NCBI RefSeq assembly: GCF_004010195.1
Contig: NC_057718.1
Coordinates: forward strand, 82,152,458-82,216,457
Length of the DNA stretch: 64,000 nucleotides
Direction: 5' to 3'
DNA from: Chiloscyllium plagiosum
Lineage: Eukaryota
Shown here: piece by piece, positions 14,949 through 28,150 of the stretch
Numbering within the stretch: the stretch's first letter is position 1
Layout of the letters: each line of letters opens with the position of its first letter
Program-made: the position numbers and the translations under genes
The notes under the pieces: model-generated
Seen by the model: the letters and a program-made list of their open reading frames with translations, nothing else
What the model was told of the DNA's origin: nothing
Databases searched by the model: none

Positions 14949-15074
14949 GTCCTGTTGAGGGCTTATGCCCGAAACGTCAATTCTCCTGCTCCTTGGATGC
15001 TGCCTGATCTGCTGTGCTTTTCCAGCACCAAACTCTCGACTTTGATCTCCAGCATCTGCAGTCCTCACTTTCTT
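14949..15074 (+). mobile_element. Single-arm PLE-terminus element
   Basis: Same family. TSD CTCCAACAACTAT at 14936-14948 and 15075-15087. Confidence 0.75.
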
Positions 15075-16634
15075 CTCCAACAACTATAACCATCTTTTTT
15101 TGTACTAGGTATGATTCCAAGCTGTGGAGTTTTCCACTTATTCCCACTGACTTCAATTTTGCAAAAACACATTGATGTCACATTTGGTCAACTGCTACTG
15201 ACATCAAGGGCAGTCACTGTCATCTCACCTCAGGTTCACCTCTTTTGTCCATTTTTAGACTAAGGATAAAGAGGAAAGAAGCTGAGTGGCCCTGACATTA
15301 TCTAAATTGAGCATCAGTGCATCTTGAAAACTCTCCTCCAAACCACAGTATAATTACCATTCCTTCACTGTTGCTGGTTCCAAAGCCTAGAACTCAGTTC
15401 CTAACAGAACAGTACAGGGTCCAAGGACATTTGCTGTTCAGCAACATCTCCACAGCAATTAGAGATGGGCCATAAAAACTGGGCTAGCTAGTGATGATCA
15501 CATCCTATGGACAAATTTTTAAGAAAAATCAGGGAACAAACTATTGACAGTTAATTGATAGCACTATCAAGACCCTTTCCATTACCTTGCTGATGATAAT
15601 GAGGAAACTAATGAGAGGGTAACTAGCCTTGTTGGATTTGGAGGAGAGGATTTCATAGACAGGAGAACACAACCAGACAATTTTCTCATTACTGGTAGGT
15701 GCCAGTGTTCTGGTGCACAAGCTTTCAGGACTATTGCCAGGATGTTGTCAGGGTCCATCGCCTTTCCAGGATCTAGGGCCTTCAGCCATTACTTGATATC
15801 ACTTAAAGCAAATCAAGTTGGCAGAAGATTAGCATCTGTGATGTTAGGGGCCTCAAAAACCAAGATGGATCATCCACTCAGCACTTCTGTTTGAAGGTGG
15901 TTACAAGTATTTCAGTGTGGTCTTTTGTGTTGACACACTTAATTTCTGTATCATTAAAGATGGGAATATTTGCGAAGCTCACTAGATATTAGTCATTTAA
16001 TTCTCCACCATCATTCAGGTCTGGATGTGGCAAGACAGCTGAGCTTTGATACGATAATTGTTTGTGAAATTTCTTAACTCCATTGTTTAAAGCTTCCGCT
16101 ATTTGGCATCCAAGTAATTCTAGTTTGCAGCTTCACCAGGTTAACATCTCATTTTCAAATATGCCTGGTTTGCACTCTTCATTGTCCCTTTTGCAGTCAC
16201 CATTGAACCAGGGTTTATTCCTCGACTTGATGGAAAATGGTAGAGTGATGTATCTCCCAGTCCATGACATTACTGATTGTTGTCGAATACAATTCTGTTG
16301 TTGCGTTTCATCGATGCCTCATTTCAAATTGCTGGATCTGGTCACAATCGATCTCATTTAGTGTGGTGATAGTGCCACGCAACTCAATGGAATGAAGGAT
16401 ACAATCTGTGTAAAGACAGGACATCGTCTCCATAAAGACAATGCAGTGAATAATTCTACCCACACTGGTGAAGGCAGATGCAACTGTGACTATATATTAA
16501 TAAGGATAAGGTCAAGTAGTTTCTTACTTCTTGGTGGTTCCTCCATCACTGTCCACAAACAGATACACCGCTCAGTACGCAGCCAATAATGGTCCTCCCA
16601 CCTTTTGATTTTGTAAAACACTTCCTTCTGTTCT

Positions 16635-17165
16635 TTTCTAATTCATTCGTGGGATGAGGGCATTGCTGGCCAGGTCAGCATTTATGGCCCATTCCTAGAT
16701 GTACAGAGGGCAGTTAAGAGTCAACCTGGATTAGAGGTGCTGGAAAAGCACAGCAGTTGCATTCCTGATGAAGGGCATTTGCCCAAAACATCAATTTTAC
16801 TGCTCCTCGGATGCTGCCTGAATTGCTGTGCTTTTCCAGCACCTCTAATCCAGAATCTGGTTTCCAGCATCTGCAGTCATTGTTTTTACCTAGTTAAGAG
16901 TCAACCACATTGCTATGGGTCTGGAGTCACATGATGGCTAGACCACGTAAGAATGGTAGTTTCCTTCCCCAAAGGGTATTAGTGATCCAGATGGGTTTTT
17001 CCCACAATTGAGAATGGTTTCATGGTCTTCATCATCTGAATTCCAGAATTTTTTTTACTGAATTCAAATTCCACCATCTGCCAATGCAGGATTCCAACCC
17101 TTGCCCTGAACATAATCTGGGTCTCTGGATTTACAGTCCTGACATAATACTATCAGGCTGTCACC
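16635..17165 (-). mobile_element. tRNA-derived SINE with a LINE-type tail, interrupted by a PLE element
   Basis: B-box-like GGTTGGAATCC near the 5' end. The 3' end resembles the tail of the second LINE family. Confidence 0.5.
16727..16891 (+). mobile_element. PLE-terminus element inserted in a SINE
   Basis: CTGATGAAGGGCATTTGCCCAAAAC core. TSD AGTTAAGAGTCAACC at 16712-16726 and 16892-16906. Confidence 0.75.
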
Positions 17166-17599
17166 TCCCTGTTATTATAGTTTTTCTTATGTTCCCTACG
17201 CTTTTGAGACATTTATTAATGGCAATGTTGCTGATGCACACTGAAGTGCCCCATCTAGAGAACATTCTGTGCCACCTCCATTCTCATTGCTTCTTATAGG
17301 TGGCGTTCAATACAGAGGAGTGCAGTCTCAACAGCTGAGGAAGAGTGGTGGTTGTTATCAATTGAAGGTCTTTTTGACAGTGCAGTATCATCCAGCTACA
17401 CTGGACAGCCAGCATACATCTATGTGCTAAATCTTGAGTGTGAGTCTTGAAGCAACAATCTTCTGACTACAGGGTTTAAAGGAAAAACTATAGTGCAAAT
17501 TGAGGAGCTACTTTTCTTTCACATGCATTGATGAAACATAAATTTGATTTGATTTTGCAGCAGTGGGGAGTGGTGAGAGCAGGGACCAGAGGGTTACCG

Positions 17600-17955
17600 G
17601 GAAGATAAATTTCTCTCTTAAAGACTTACCTCATGAATAGGTGGAACGAAGGCTCAACAGAGTGGTTGTGGATACGGGGATTGCTGAGCATGTGAACTGA
17701 TATATTTGGGCTGTAATTGAAGGAAGGTTTAGAGGAGATGTCAGAGGTAAGATTCTTTACATACAGAGTGTGGATGTGTGGAATTCACTGCCAGTACTAG
17801 TAGTAGAGTCAGGGACATTTAAGCGACTCTTGGATAGGCACAAGGAAGATAGTACAATGAAGGGTATGTAGGTTAGTTTGATCTTAGAGTAGGATAAAAG
17901 GCTGGCACAACATCGAGGGCCACAGAGCCTGTACTGGGCTGTACTATTCTATGTT
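17600..17955 (+). mobile_element. CR1 3' end fragment
   Basis: FFTxRV..WNSLP-type C-terminus and tail CTGTACTATTCTATGTT. Confidence 0.7.
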
Positions 17956-19249
17956 TTCGATAACAATGTACACCATCTTTTGCAAAACTTGAGAAATATT
18001 TGCAAATTAAATACACTGAAAGTTGATTTGAGCTTGAGAGAAATGATATGCAAGGACAATTAACTTTGTTAAGCAGCTGTAGAAACCCTGTACATTGACC
18101 TGACAAGACAAACAGGCAAGAAGTCCATTTGATGTTTGGCAAATAAATATCACGAAAATCACAATCACAATATTAGAAACTTACTACCCTTCTGACTCCA
18201 AAAGTAAATTTTTATAGCTCTCCTTCAAGATCCTAAATTTAATTACAACATATTGAAATGAAAGCAAATGTTTGCTACAAAAATTATGAAATTGGATAGG
18301 TCAGTTTCAACCAGTTATTTATGGACTCACCACAATACGTTTGACCTCTCCCCTCTAAATTCTTAGATACAGTGAGAAATTAGCCTGAGACTGTTTTACA
18401 TCCTCCATGGAGAGTGAAGGAATGCTACCAGTATCCTGTGGCATAATTACTTGCGTTCAAGGCTACCATATATACTACAATTTCACAAATGTCAATATTT
18501 AACTGTTCTTACACAATTTTCATTAAGAGGCAAGATCAGTACCTCAACTCTCTTTACCCACCATATTCTTCCCAGTTTCTACTAAAAATATGAATCTTCA
18601 AAGCTTTCACTACTCTCATATCCACAGCCCTTTGATTTTTGACGGGGTTTAAAGTTCCAGATCTCCACCACCTTGTATGCAAAAATTTCCTTTTTGGTTT
18701 CCTTCCTGAATAGCCTAACTCTAATTTTAAGATTACACCCATCATTTTTGGTCTCCCCAGCAGTGGAAACAGCTTCTTGAAATCCATCCAATCAAATGTC
18801 TTCAATACTTCAAACATCTCAAATAGACCACTGCACAATTTTGCAGTCAAGATAATACAGGCCCAATTTAGAGGGCAACTTTCAGTTGTTCTAACCCTTT
18901 TACTAGCATTCCCTTGCCACTATTTTATAGAAAAGCATTAAACAGTCCCTGCTTAGCTATAAATCTTCTTGATTACCCTAACCGTGAACAAAGACCCTAA
19001 AATATATCAATTCCAACTGGCTACATGAAGCAGTCCATATTATTATTATTAGTCCACATCACAGAATGCAGCTTTCAATAATAATGATCTAATTCAATCA
19101 GAACTAATACAGAACATCAGACAAAGATATAGGAGACAAAGTGCAAGTTTTCATTCCAACATGTTTTGATCCTAACTTGCAAATTAACAAGTGATTTTAT
19201 TGAGGACATACAATCTAGGCACATGGGTATCTTTCATGCTTATACATAA

Positions 19250-20728
19250 AGGGCCTCAATGAATATTTCTGCTTCGTATTTACCATAGAGAAAGACATGA
19301 AGACTTGGGAACTTGGGGAAGTTAGTGGTGATAACTTGGGGACAGTCCATATCACAGTAGAAGTGGTGTTGGACGTATTAGAATGTATGAAGGTGGATAA
19401 ATCTCCAGGTCCTGACCAAATATATTCAAGAACATTGCAAGACACTAGAGAAGAAATTGTGGGAGCCGTAGCTGATATTTTTGCATCATCATTATCCGCG
19501 GGTGAGGACCCGGAAGACTGGAGGGTAGTGAATGCTCTGCCCTTCTTCAAGAAGGGCTGCAAAGAAAACTCTGGGAACGATAGATCAGTAAGCCTAACAT
19601 CTTGATAGATGAGTTATTTGATAAGATTCTGAGTAATAATTTACATCCTTTGATGAAGTGAGCAGGAAAGTCAACGAAGGCAGGGTGGTAGTCTATATGG
19701 ATTTCAGTAAGGTCTTTGGTAAAGGTTCAACATGGTAGGCTGCTCTGGAAGGTTAGATCGCGAGGAATCGAGGGCGAGCTGGCAAATTGGATATAAAATT
19801 GGCTTGATGGTAGGAAGCAGACAGTAAAAGTGGAAGGATGCTTGTGAGTGGAGTACCTCAGGGGTTGGTGCTGGGCCATTGCTGTTTGTTATCTATATCA
19901 AAGATTTGGATGAGAACGTACAAGGCATGATTAGTAAGTTTGCAGATGACACCAAAATAGGTGGTATCATGGACAGATGAGGAAGGGTATCAGAAACTGC
20001 AGCAGGACCTTGATCAGCTAGGCAAGTGGGCTGAGAAATGGCAAATGGAGTTTAATATGGATAAGTGTGAAGTCTTGCAATTTGGAAAGTCAAATCAAGG
20101 TAGGAATTTCACGGTGAATGGTAGGGCCTTTAGGTGCGTAGTGGAATAGAGGAACCTTAGAGTTCAGGTGCATGGTTCTCTGAAAGTGGAATTACAGGTA
20201 GACAGGGTAGCAAAGGAGGCTTTTGGCATGTTGATCTTCATCAGTCAGGGCAGTGAGTATAGTAGCTGCGAAGTTATGTTACAGTTGAACAGGACATTGG
20301 TGAGGCTGCACTTGGGAATATTGTGTTCAGTTCTAGTCACCTTGCTCTCGGAAAGATGTCATTAATCTGGAAAGAGTGCAGAAGAAATTTACAAGGATGT
20401 TGCCAGGAGTCAATAGTCTGAGTTACAGGGACAAGGACTAGAGAGCATCGGTTTAAGGTTAGAGGGGGAAAGAACAAAAGGGAACCAGAGGGGCAACTTT
20501 ATTTTTACACAGAGGGTGGTACGCACATGTAATGAACTGCTAGCAGAAGTGGTTGAGGTGGATACATTAACAATATTTAAAAGGTATTTGAACAAATCCA
20601 TAGATAGGAAAGGTTCAGAAGGATACGGTGAAAGTCCAGGGAAATGGGGTTAGAGTGGATGGATATTTTAGTTGGCACGGACCAGATTGGGCCAAAGGGC
20701 CTACCTCTGTACTGTAAGACTCTATGAC
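19250..20728 (+). mobile_element. CR1 LINE, RT to 3' end
   Basis: KSPGPDQIY, PEDWRVVN and WAEKWQMEFNxDKCEV motifs. Tail GACTCTATGAC ends about 40 bp from the KAT14 exon 2 donor. Confidence 0.9.
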
Positions 20729-20767
20729 ATATTATGCACTGAGCACAGTTTCAACAATATTACGTAC

Positions 20768-20889
20768 TTGTTGCCACGTGAGCTTCAGTCTCTCAAAGTG
20801 GTCCTTCCCGTCTTCCGCACAGTCTGAACAAGTGAATCGAAAGAAGTTATCACCCCGCAAGTAACTAGGATGTTCTGCCCTTAGCTGAG
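20768..20889 (-). CDS. KAT14: KAT14 coding exon 2 (122 nt)
   Basis: Acceptor CTCTGCAG|, encodes (T)QLRAEHPSYLRGDNFFRFTCSDCAEDGKDHFERLKLTWQQ, donor CAA|GTACGT. Phase 1 to 0. Confidence 0.95.
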
Positions 20890-22229
20890 CTGCAGAGAGA
20901 AAGAAAGAAAGAAAGAAAGAGAGGTTGAAAGAAAGAAAGGCAGGGCCTGATTTATGTTGAAACATGAAACGAAAATTACTTTTATAAAGATAACAAAGTA
21001 TTTCAAGTCAACGGATTATGCAATATATAGGATATGCTCTGCCAAGCTCCAAAATACAAGTTGCTTCAAGCAAAGCTGATGAGACATCTCATGCTAAATG
21101 ACGTGCACCATATGCCTCTTCCAAGTACTTTTTTCCATCTTCCATAATTATCAACCTCACAACTAGATTTCATACCAGAACTAAGTGATTGTTTTGAACT
21201 GTTCCAAGTGATGATAAGGATAATCACTTGGAACAGTAGCCAATTTTTACACTGCTGAGTCCGATGAACACTGAAATAAATTGTCACATATTACGTTTTA
21301 ACGAGTGACTGAGGGATAAATATTGGGCAGGAAAACCAAAAATAAATCCTCTATCCATCTTCAAAATACTAATGGATTTGAAAAATTCCATTAGCAGAAA
21401 AGACAGACAACTTCTAGATTCAGCAGAAAGCACCTCCAACAGTGCAGCACAACTTCAGTACTGCCCAGGACCATCAGCAAAGATTTTATGTTGAGGTCTC
21501 TGGAGTGACATTTGGACTGAAAGGCGAGTACCCACAAGCACTCCTTGTCTGGCTCTGCATTCAAATCCTCCACTTCGGGTGGTGAAGGCACTGAATATCT
21601 GATGCATACAGACTTAATATAACATCCAGGCCCTGGTGAATGGTGAGTTCAATGCTATCAACTAGACTGGCCCTGGAAGCACCAACTGGCCTTTTGGCTT
21701 AATTTAGAATGGCAAAAATAAGCCACAGTTCTCACTCTCCAGTGTGCTTGCTGAAAGTATGAAGTAGGTCAGGCAGATTTGTGTTTGAGCAGGATTCTAC
21801 TCTTACGCCAGTACATGCTCAAACAGTTTGCAAACAGCAAATGGTGAGGTGCTGGAAATAAATCAGTTTTCATAAGAAACGTACCTAGTGAGGAGTAAGT
21901 GACACAAAGAAAAGGAAATGGGAATAAGAGAAAAAAATTAAAACCATGAAAGCCACAGTTTTTTTTTTCAGAATATAAATCCACAGTATTTTGTTCATAA
22001 TAAAATTGATGTCAAATATCAAAAACCTCATTTTTGAAGTACATGTACATCAAATAATAATTGTAAAGATTCACCTTTGTATTCTACAACTAAACCTGTG
22101 TCACAAATGAGCAATCCCGAATTCTTAAGCAATCACGACTGGATGCTGTTTATTGTTTTAATTGAGTGCTAAGAGTATTTGCGTTGATATTTCCTTAAAG
22201 ATTCTGAAACCAACAAAATGCTATTGTGA

Positions 22230-22590
22230 CTGGGCTTGTATACCCTTTAGTTTAGAAGACTGAGAGGGGATCTGATTGAGACATATAAGATTATTAAAGG
22301 ATTGGACACTCTGGAGGCAGGAAACATGTTTCCGCTGATTGGTGAGTGCCGAACCAGAGGACACAGCTTAAAAATGGTAGACCATTTAGGACAGAGATGA
22401 GGAGAAACTTCTTCACCCAGAGAGTGGTGGCTGTGTGGAATGCTCTGCCCCAGATGGCAGTGGAGGCCCAGTCTCTGGATTCATTTAAGAAAGAGTTGGA
22501 TAGAGCTCTCAAGGATTGTGGAATCAAGGGTTATGGAGATAAGGCAGGAACAGAATACTAATTAAGGATGATCAGCCATGATCATATTGA
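22230..22590 (+). mobile_element. CR1 3' end fragment
   Basis: RNFFTQRVVAVWNALP and a (CTATTGT)n tail near 22635-22650. Confidence 0.8.
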
Positions 22591-22774
22591 ATGGTGGTGC
22601 AGGCTCAAAGGGCAGAATGGCCTACTCCTGCACCTATTGTCTATTGTCTACATTGCATTCATGATGATATTGCTGTCAGAATGGGATGTAGATTTTCTTT
22701 TGCTAGCATTCAGTGGCAACACAAAAACTAAACAGTTAATCAGCATGATGTATTTAAGTTTTGAAAATAAATAT

Positions 22775-22824
22775 CAATAAGCTTTTAGGGTACTGTTCAA
22801 TAAGCTTTTAGGGTACTGTTCAAT
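22775..22824. repeat. Perfect 23-bp tandem duplication
   Basis: CAATAAGCTTTTAGGGTACTGTT x2 followed by CAAT. Confidence 0.95.
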
Positions 22825-25399
22825 GTACATTTGAACAAGTTTATGATCAATTATTATATAAAGCACAGGAAACATCTATTCTTAGTTAAGTCCCTAATAA
22901 CATTGAAACGTGGTACTGAAAAGGATGCAGAAACAGTTCCATTAACAATCCTACAATGACTGAAATGAAGGAGCACAATGATGCAGTCAAAAAAACATTT
23001 GCTATCAATTTGTAGTACTATTTTGGTATGCTCTTAACTATATGCAGCAACCATTTCACACACAATACAGTATTATTAATAGCAGTGATGTGATTAATGT
23101 GCGTTCACACTAGGTGAGGAAAGAATGTTAGCTGGAAATACAAGATGAAACTGTGCATTTTTCTCACTGGATTGCCAGATCATCAACATCTGTCAGGATA
23201 ACCACAGCTTAATGTCTCATTCACTCAAAAGGAACTTATAACACGATTCATGGGTTATCACCAACAATGGCAGCATTTCTTGCTCATCTTCAATTTCGCC
23301 CAAAAAAATGCTGGTCAGCCATCTTGAAGAACCATTGTAGATTTGTGATAAGTACAACTTTAGTGCTGTTCAGGAGGGAGTTCTAGGACATCGACTTAGC
23401 AAAATTAAAGAAACAACAATACCCTTCCAAGTAAGCAGTTGCTATCTGGACTGTTTCTTGCAAGCAGTGAAATTCCCAGGTGCCTGATGGCCTCATCCTC
23501 ATATGGAGGAGATTGTGACTTTTGAATGTGCTGTCAAAGAAACCTTGATGCATTACTGCAGCCCATCTTGCATCGGCGGCACAAAGAGTCAATATTTGAA
23601 GTGGTGGACAAAGTACCATTCAGGAACGTCATTTGTTCTTGAACAGGCCCTCTTGAATATTGTTAGAGCTACATTCATCAAGGTAAGCACGAGGAATATT
23701 TTATCTTGCTCCTGACTTGTGCCTCGTGGATGGTGGAAAGGCTTTGCTGAATCAGGAGGCAAGTTACTCACTGCAGAATACCCAGATTCTGACCAACTCT
23801 TGTAGCCAGAGAATTTGCATGGCTGGTCCAGTTAGGTTTCTAGTCAATGATGACCCCTGCAGGACATTGATGGTGTGGATTCAATGACAGTAATACCATT
23901 GAATATTTAAGTGGTTAGATTGCTTAAATCTGGTATGGTGCTCATATTACTTGCCATTATCAACCCAAGCCTGAACATTCGACATGCAGCAGCACCTGGA
24001 CAAAGAGACTGCTTAACTACATGAGGAGTTACAAATGCAATTAACCCACTATTATCATCAGCAAACAACATTCGTTTCTGATACTGTGAAGGAGGTAGGT
24101 CATAGAAGAAGCTGTGAAGGATGGTTAGGGTGAAGACTCTGCCTTGACAAACTTTTGCAGCTGAGATGTTCGATTCCCAACAATAAACACCTTCCTAAAT
24201 TTGGCTCGAGTAAGTGGTAAGACTTCCCCAATACTTATTACTTCAATTTTACTGAGGCATTTGATGCCACATTTAGTCAAATGTTGCTGGAATATTAAGG
24301 GCTGTCATTCTCACCTTTTGAACTTAGCTCTTTTGTCTTTAGTTAGACCAAAGCTTTAACAAACTTTGGAGCCTAGAGGTTCTGGCAGAGCCCAAACTGA
24401 ACATCATTGAGCAAGTTGTTGCTGTTCCATAACACTATCAATGACTCCTTCTGTTGATTTGCTGATGAATGCAAATAAACTGAAGGATGCAATTTGCCAG
24501 GTTTGCATTGTACCAGTAGGTGGTTCATTGCAAAAATATCAAGGAGAAATCAGACCCGTAGAAATCAGACCCATTGCACATCAAGATTTCATGTAACTTA
24601 AGCTGCAGTGGACTTGGAACTATATCTCTTGGCAATGCATGACATATAGTTCTTTGTCCACTACACACTTTAATGGGTATTACTTCATTCAAATCTTCAT
24701 ATGATATGAACACAACTTAGAGAAATGTCCTACATTGGAGGAAAAGGAAGCCCATGAAAAGCCAAAATTGGAAAATACTGCAATTGTACAAAGCCATCAC
24801 CTTTGAAGACAGAAAATAATTTGGGTTTAGATCCTTTGCCAGATCTAGACTGAAGGCAATATCTTGAATCTGATTGCATTTAATACCATTAAGAAACTAA
24901 ATGAACTTTTGAGTTTCCAGTCCTGATTGAAATTCTTCAGCCCTGCTGTATTTATAGCACTTTCCATATTATTATGTTTTCTTTCCAGGAGATAATTGTA
25001 TTAAATTTATAAAAGAAAACAACTATGGTCAGTTCTTCTATAATGCAATGGTTACATTCTTCGGCAACCCCACATTATACAAAAATTGTGCTTTAGAGAA
25101 ACAGCGCTTAAAGTTTTGGTGCCGTAATCACATTAAGCCAACACACGTTTTTAAAGTTCACACTTTAGAAACAGCGTCCCCAATCCATCAATCGTGTTAC
25201 AACAAATTTGCATTTATGAAACACAGGTTATAACACTAAACCTAACTTTGCAACTGCAAGAATCAAGTTATGAAGGTGACAGCAAATTGTAAATATAAAC
25301 AAAGTTTCACTGTACTATTAGAAACACTGGGTCGAATTTATTTCTTTTTGATTCCAAGTGTGAAGGCTGGCCTAGTAGCAGGAAGGAAGCCTGTTCAAG

Positions 25400-25617
25400 G
25401 AGGAGAAAATGAGGCCTGCAGATGCTAGAGATCAGGGTCAAGAGTGTGGTGCTGGAAAAGCACAGCAGGTCAGGCAGCATCCAAGGAGAAGGAAAATCAA
25501 CGTTTCGGGCATAAGTCTTTCATCAGGGTTTTCTGAAGGGCTTATGCCCGAAACGTTGATTCTCCTGTTCCTCGGATACTGTCTGACCTGCTGTGCTTTT
25601 CCAGCACCACAATCTCA
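25400..25617. mobile_element. Fold-back PLE-terminus element
   Basis: Same family as 30773. TSD GAAGCCTGTTCAAG at 25386-25399 and 25618-25631. Confidence 0.8.
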
Positions 25618-26639
25618 GAAGCCTGTTCAAGCATGGGTCAGGTTTTAGAGTCAGAGTGACAGTCACACAGCAGAGAAACAGACCCTTCAGTCCAACAAGT
25701 CCCTGCCGAATAAAGCTCCAAACTAAAGTAGTCCCACGTATCTGCTCCTGGCCCATATTCCTCCAAACCTTTCCTATTCGAGTACCTATGATAACTTTCT
25801 TCTCAGTTGTTCATTACATATGCACAGAAATTAAAATGCCAAATTTTATGATGTTATAAAGTTATGTTAGGACACTATGATGCCCGCCAGGACATTACCA
25901 CCTTTGATATCAAGATGCCATATTTAAAAGACAGCTGGACAGAACTTCACTCTCTGCAACAAAGGAGCATCACTCAATCTGTGCTCATCAACCCACCCAC
26001 TCCAGGTAATATTAAAGACCAGGAAAAAAGCAGAAACTCTATTTGACAATGTCTCCATAACAGTTCTTCCGAATGCTGTCCAGGAGAGAAGGAAAGTTCT
26101 TTACCCTTTGAATATCAATAAGAGGCCATCCTAACTGATGAAGGCAACCTGGAGGGAGGCAGCTGCAGAGATCAGTACCATGAATGACTCAAACTACCTG
26201 GCTTCAGTGTCAGAGGACAAATGATCACTGTCTACTTCATTTGCCCATAGTTATGAATTAACACTGTAAGGTTGCCAGTGCAAAAGAGTGCCACACAGAG
26301 TTAGGTGTCAGGCATCACCATCAGATACCTGACACTTCATTGCTGATACCACAATAATACTGCCTCTCACACATGTGCCAAAGTGCACAACAGTCAGCAG
26401 GTCATCCACCATTATCACAACTAACAGATTTTCACCAAAAGCTTGCAAGATTTCAGAATACAATAACAAAAGATTGTCTTTTGAATTCAATACCACTTAA
26501 CTGTCCCAACAGGCCTGCTGGAGCTGGCTTGTTGGCTCAGTCAAGCTTCACTACTAACTCTAAGTATTTAACAACAAGTTAAACTACATGTCACTGACAC
26601 CTCTCATGAACTGATTAATATATTCCAATCACAAATAAG

Positions 26640-28150
26640 AATATACCAAGTTAATAGGTATGAATGGAGAGCTGACCAAGGTCAATCGGATGAATTGGCT
26701 AAAAGTTATGATAGTAAATAAACATATGGGAGATATTCAAAATATTCAACAAAAATACATTTCAATGAAAAACAAAGACTATGTGATAAAAATCTAAGCA
26801 TGGCTTATTAAGGATTTAAAAGGTAGTATTAAGTTAAAAGAAGCTTACAACACTATAAAGAACAGTGTTAAGTCTGAAGAATGTGTGTTTTAGAAACCAA
26901 AGAGCCATCAAAATGCTGATAAAAAGAGAAAAATTAAATGAGATTAAAGCAGCCAATAATGTACGAAACTGGTTAATGCAGAAAAATAGAGTAGCTGAAG
27001 TAATATTGATCCCTTAGAAGCAGAGACCGAAGAAACGATCATGAAAACTAAAGAAACGGCAGAGATGTTAAACAAGTATTTCAAAATCTAGAGATTAATC
27101 AAGAGTGAGGAAATTGAGCTAGTTAATAATATCAATAAAGCAAAAGCACTAGAAAAATTCATGGAATCAAAATCTAACGATTCACAGGATTGAATGATTA
27201 ACATCCCAGCACTCTAAAATTAGAGTTGGCTGGCAATATAGTGAGTTCATTAGTTATGATTTTTCAGAATTCCCTAAATTCTGGAACAGTTCCAGCAGAC
27301 TAAAAATTAGCCAATATAATTCTGATATTTAAGAAAGGAGAAAAGCAAAGAACTGTTAGCCAGATAGTTCAACTATGATAATCAAGAAAGTGCTGGAATC
27401 TATTATTAAGAAAGTCTGAACATTGTTATGCTTTTCGAATTACAATCAGATCAAGTCAACTTAGTTTTAAGAAAGGAGAATCCCGGATGATAAAATATAT
27501 TGAAAAGGTTTTGAGGATGTAATCAATAGTATAGATAAAGGGAACCAATAGATATAGTAGACTTGCATTTTCAAAAGGCTAGGTTCTCTTGAAAGCTTAA
27601 TAGACAAAATAAGAGTTCCTGGAGTTGCAGGTGATATATTAGCATGGATAGAGGATTAGTGAATAGGAACCAGCAGAAGGAATAAATGGAACTTTTTTTT
27701 TAAACAATGGAATACTGCAATATCAGTGCTGCGGCCTCAGCTACATAGAATCCATATTCATGACTTGGAGGAAGAGATAAAAAGTAATACATCTATGTTT
27801 GTTGCTGGTATGCAGCTAGGAGAGAATGCAAGTTGTGAAGAGGACAAACAGACTGAAAAAGAACATGCATATAGGTTAAGTGAGTGGAGTACAAGGTGGT
27901 AGGTGGAGTATGGTGAAGTATGAGGTTATTTACTTTGGTCTGAAAAGAAGATTTATAACTTTAAACAACTTGTAAAGATAGTCAATATCAATGTTCAGAG
28001 AGACTCGGACATACTTGTATAATGAACACAAAAAGCGTGTAGGAACAGCAAACAGCTAGGAAAGCAACTGGCATGTTGGCCTTTCTGACAAGGAGTTGGC
28101 ATAGAAGAATAAAGTCATCCTGCTACAACTGCACAAGGCTTGGGTGAGGG
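26640..28150 (+). mobile_element. Old decayed CR1 RT region
   Basis: Remnants of PxDWKLANI..IFKKG, DFQKA and LLQLxKALVR. Confidence 0.65.
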
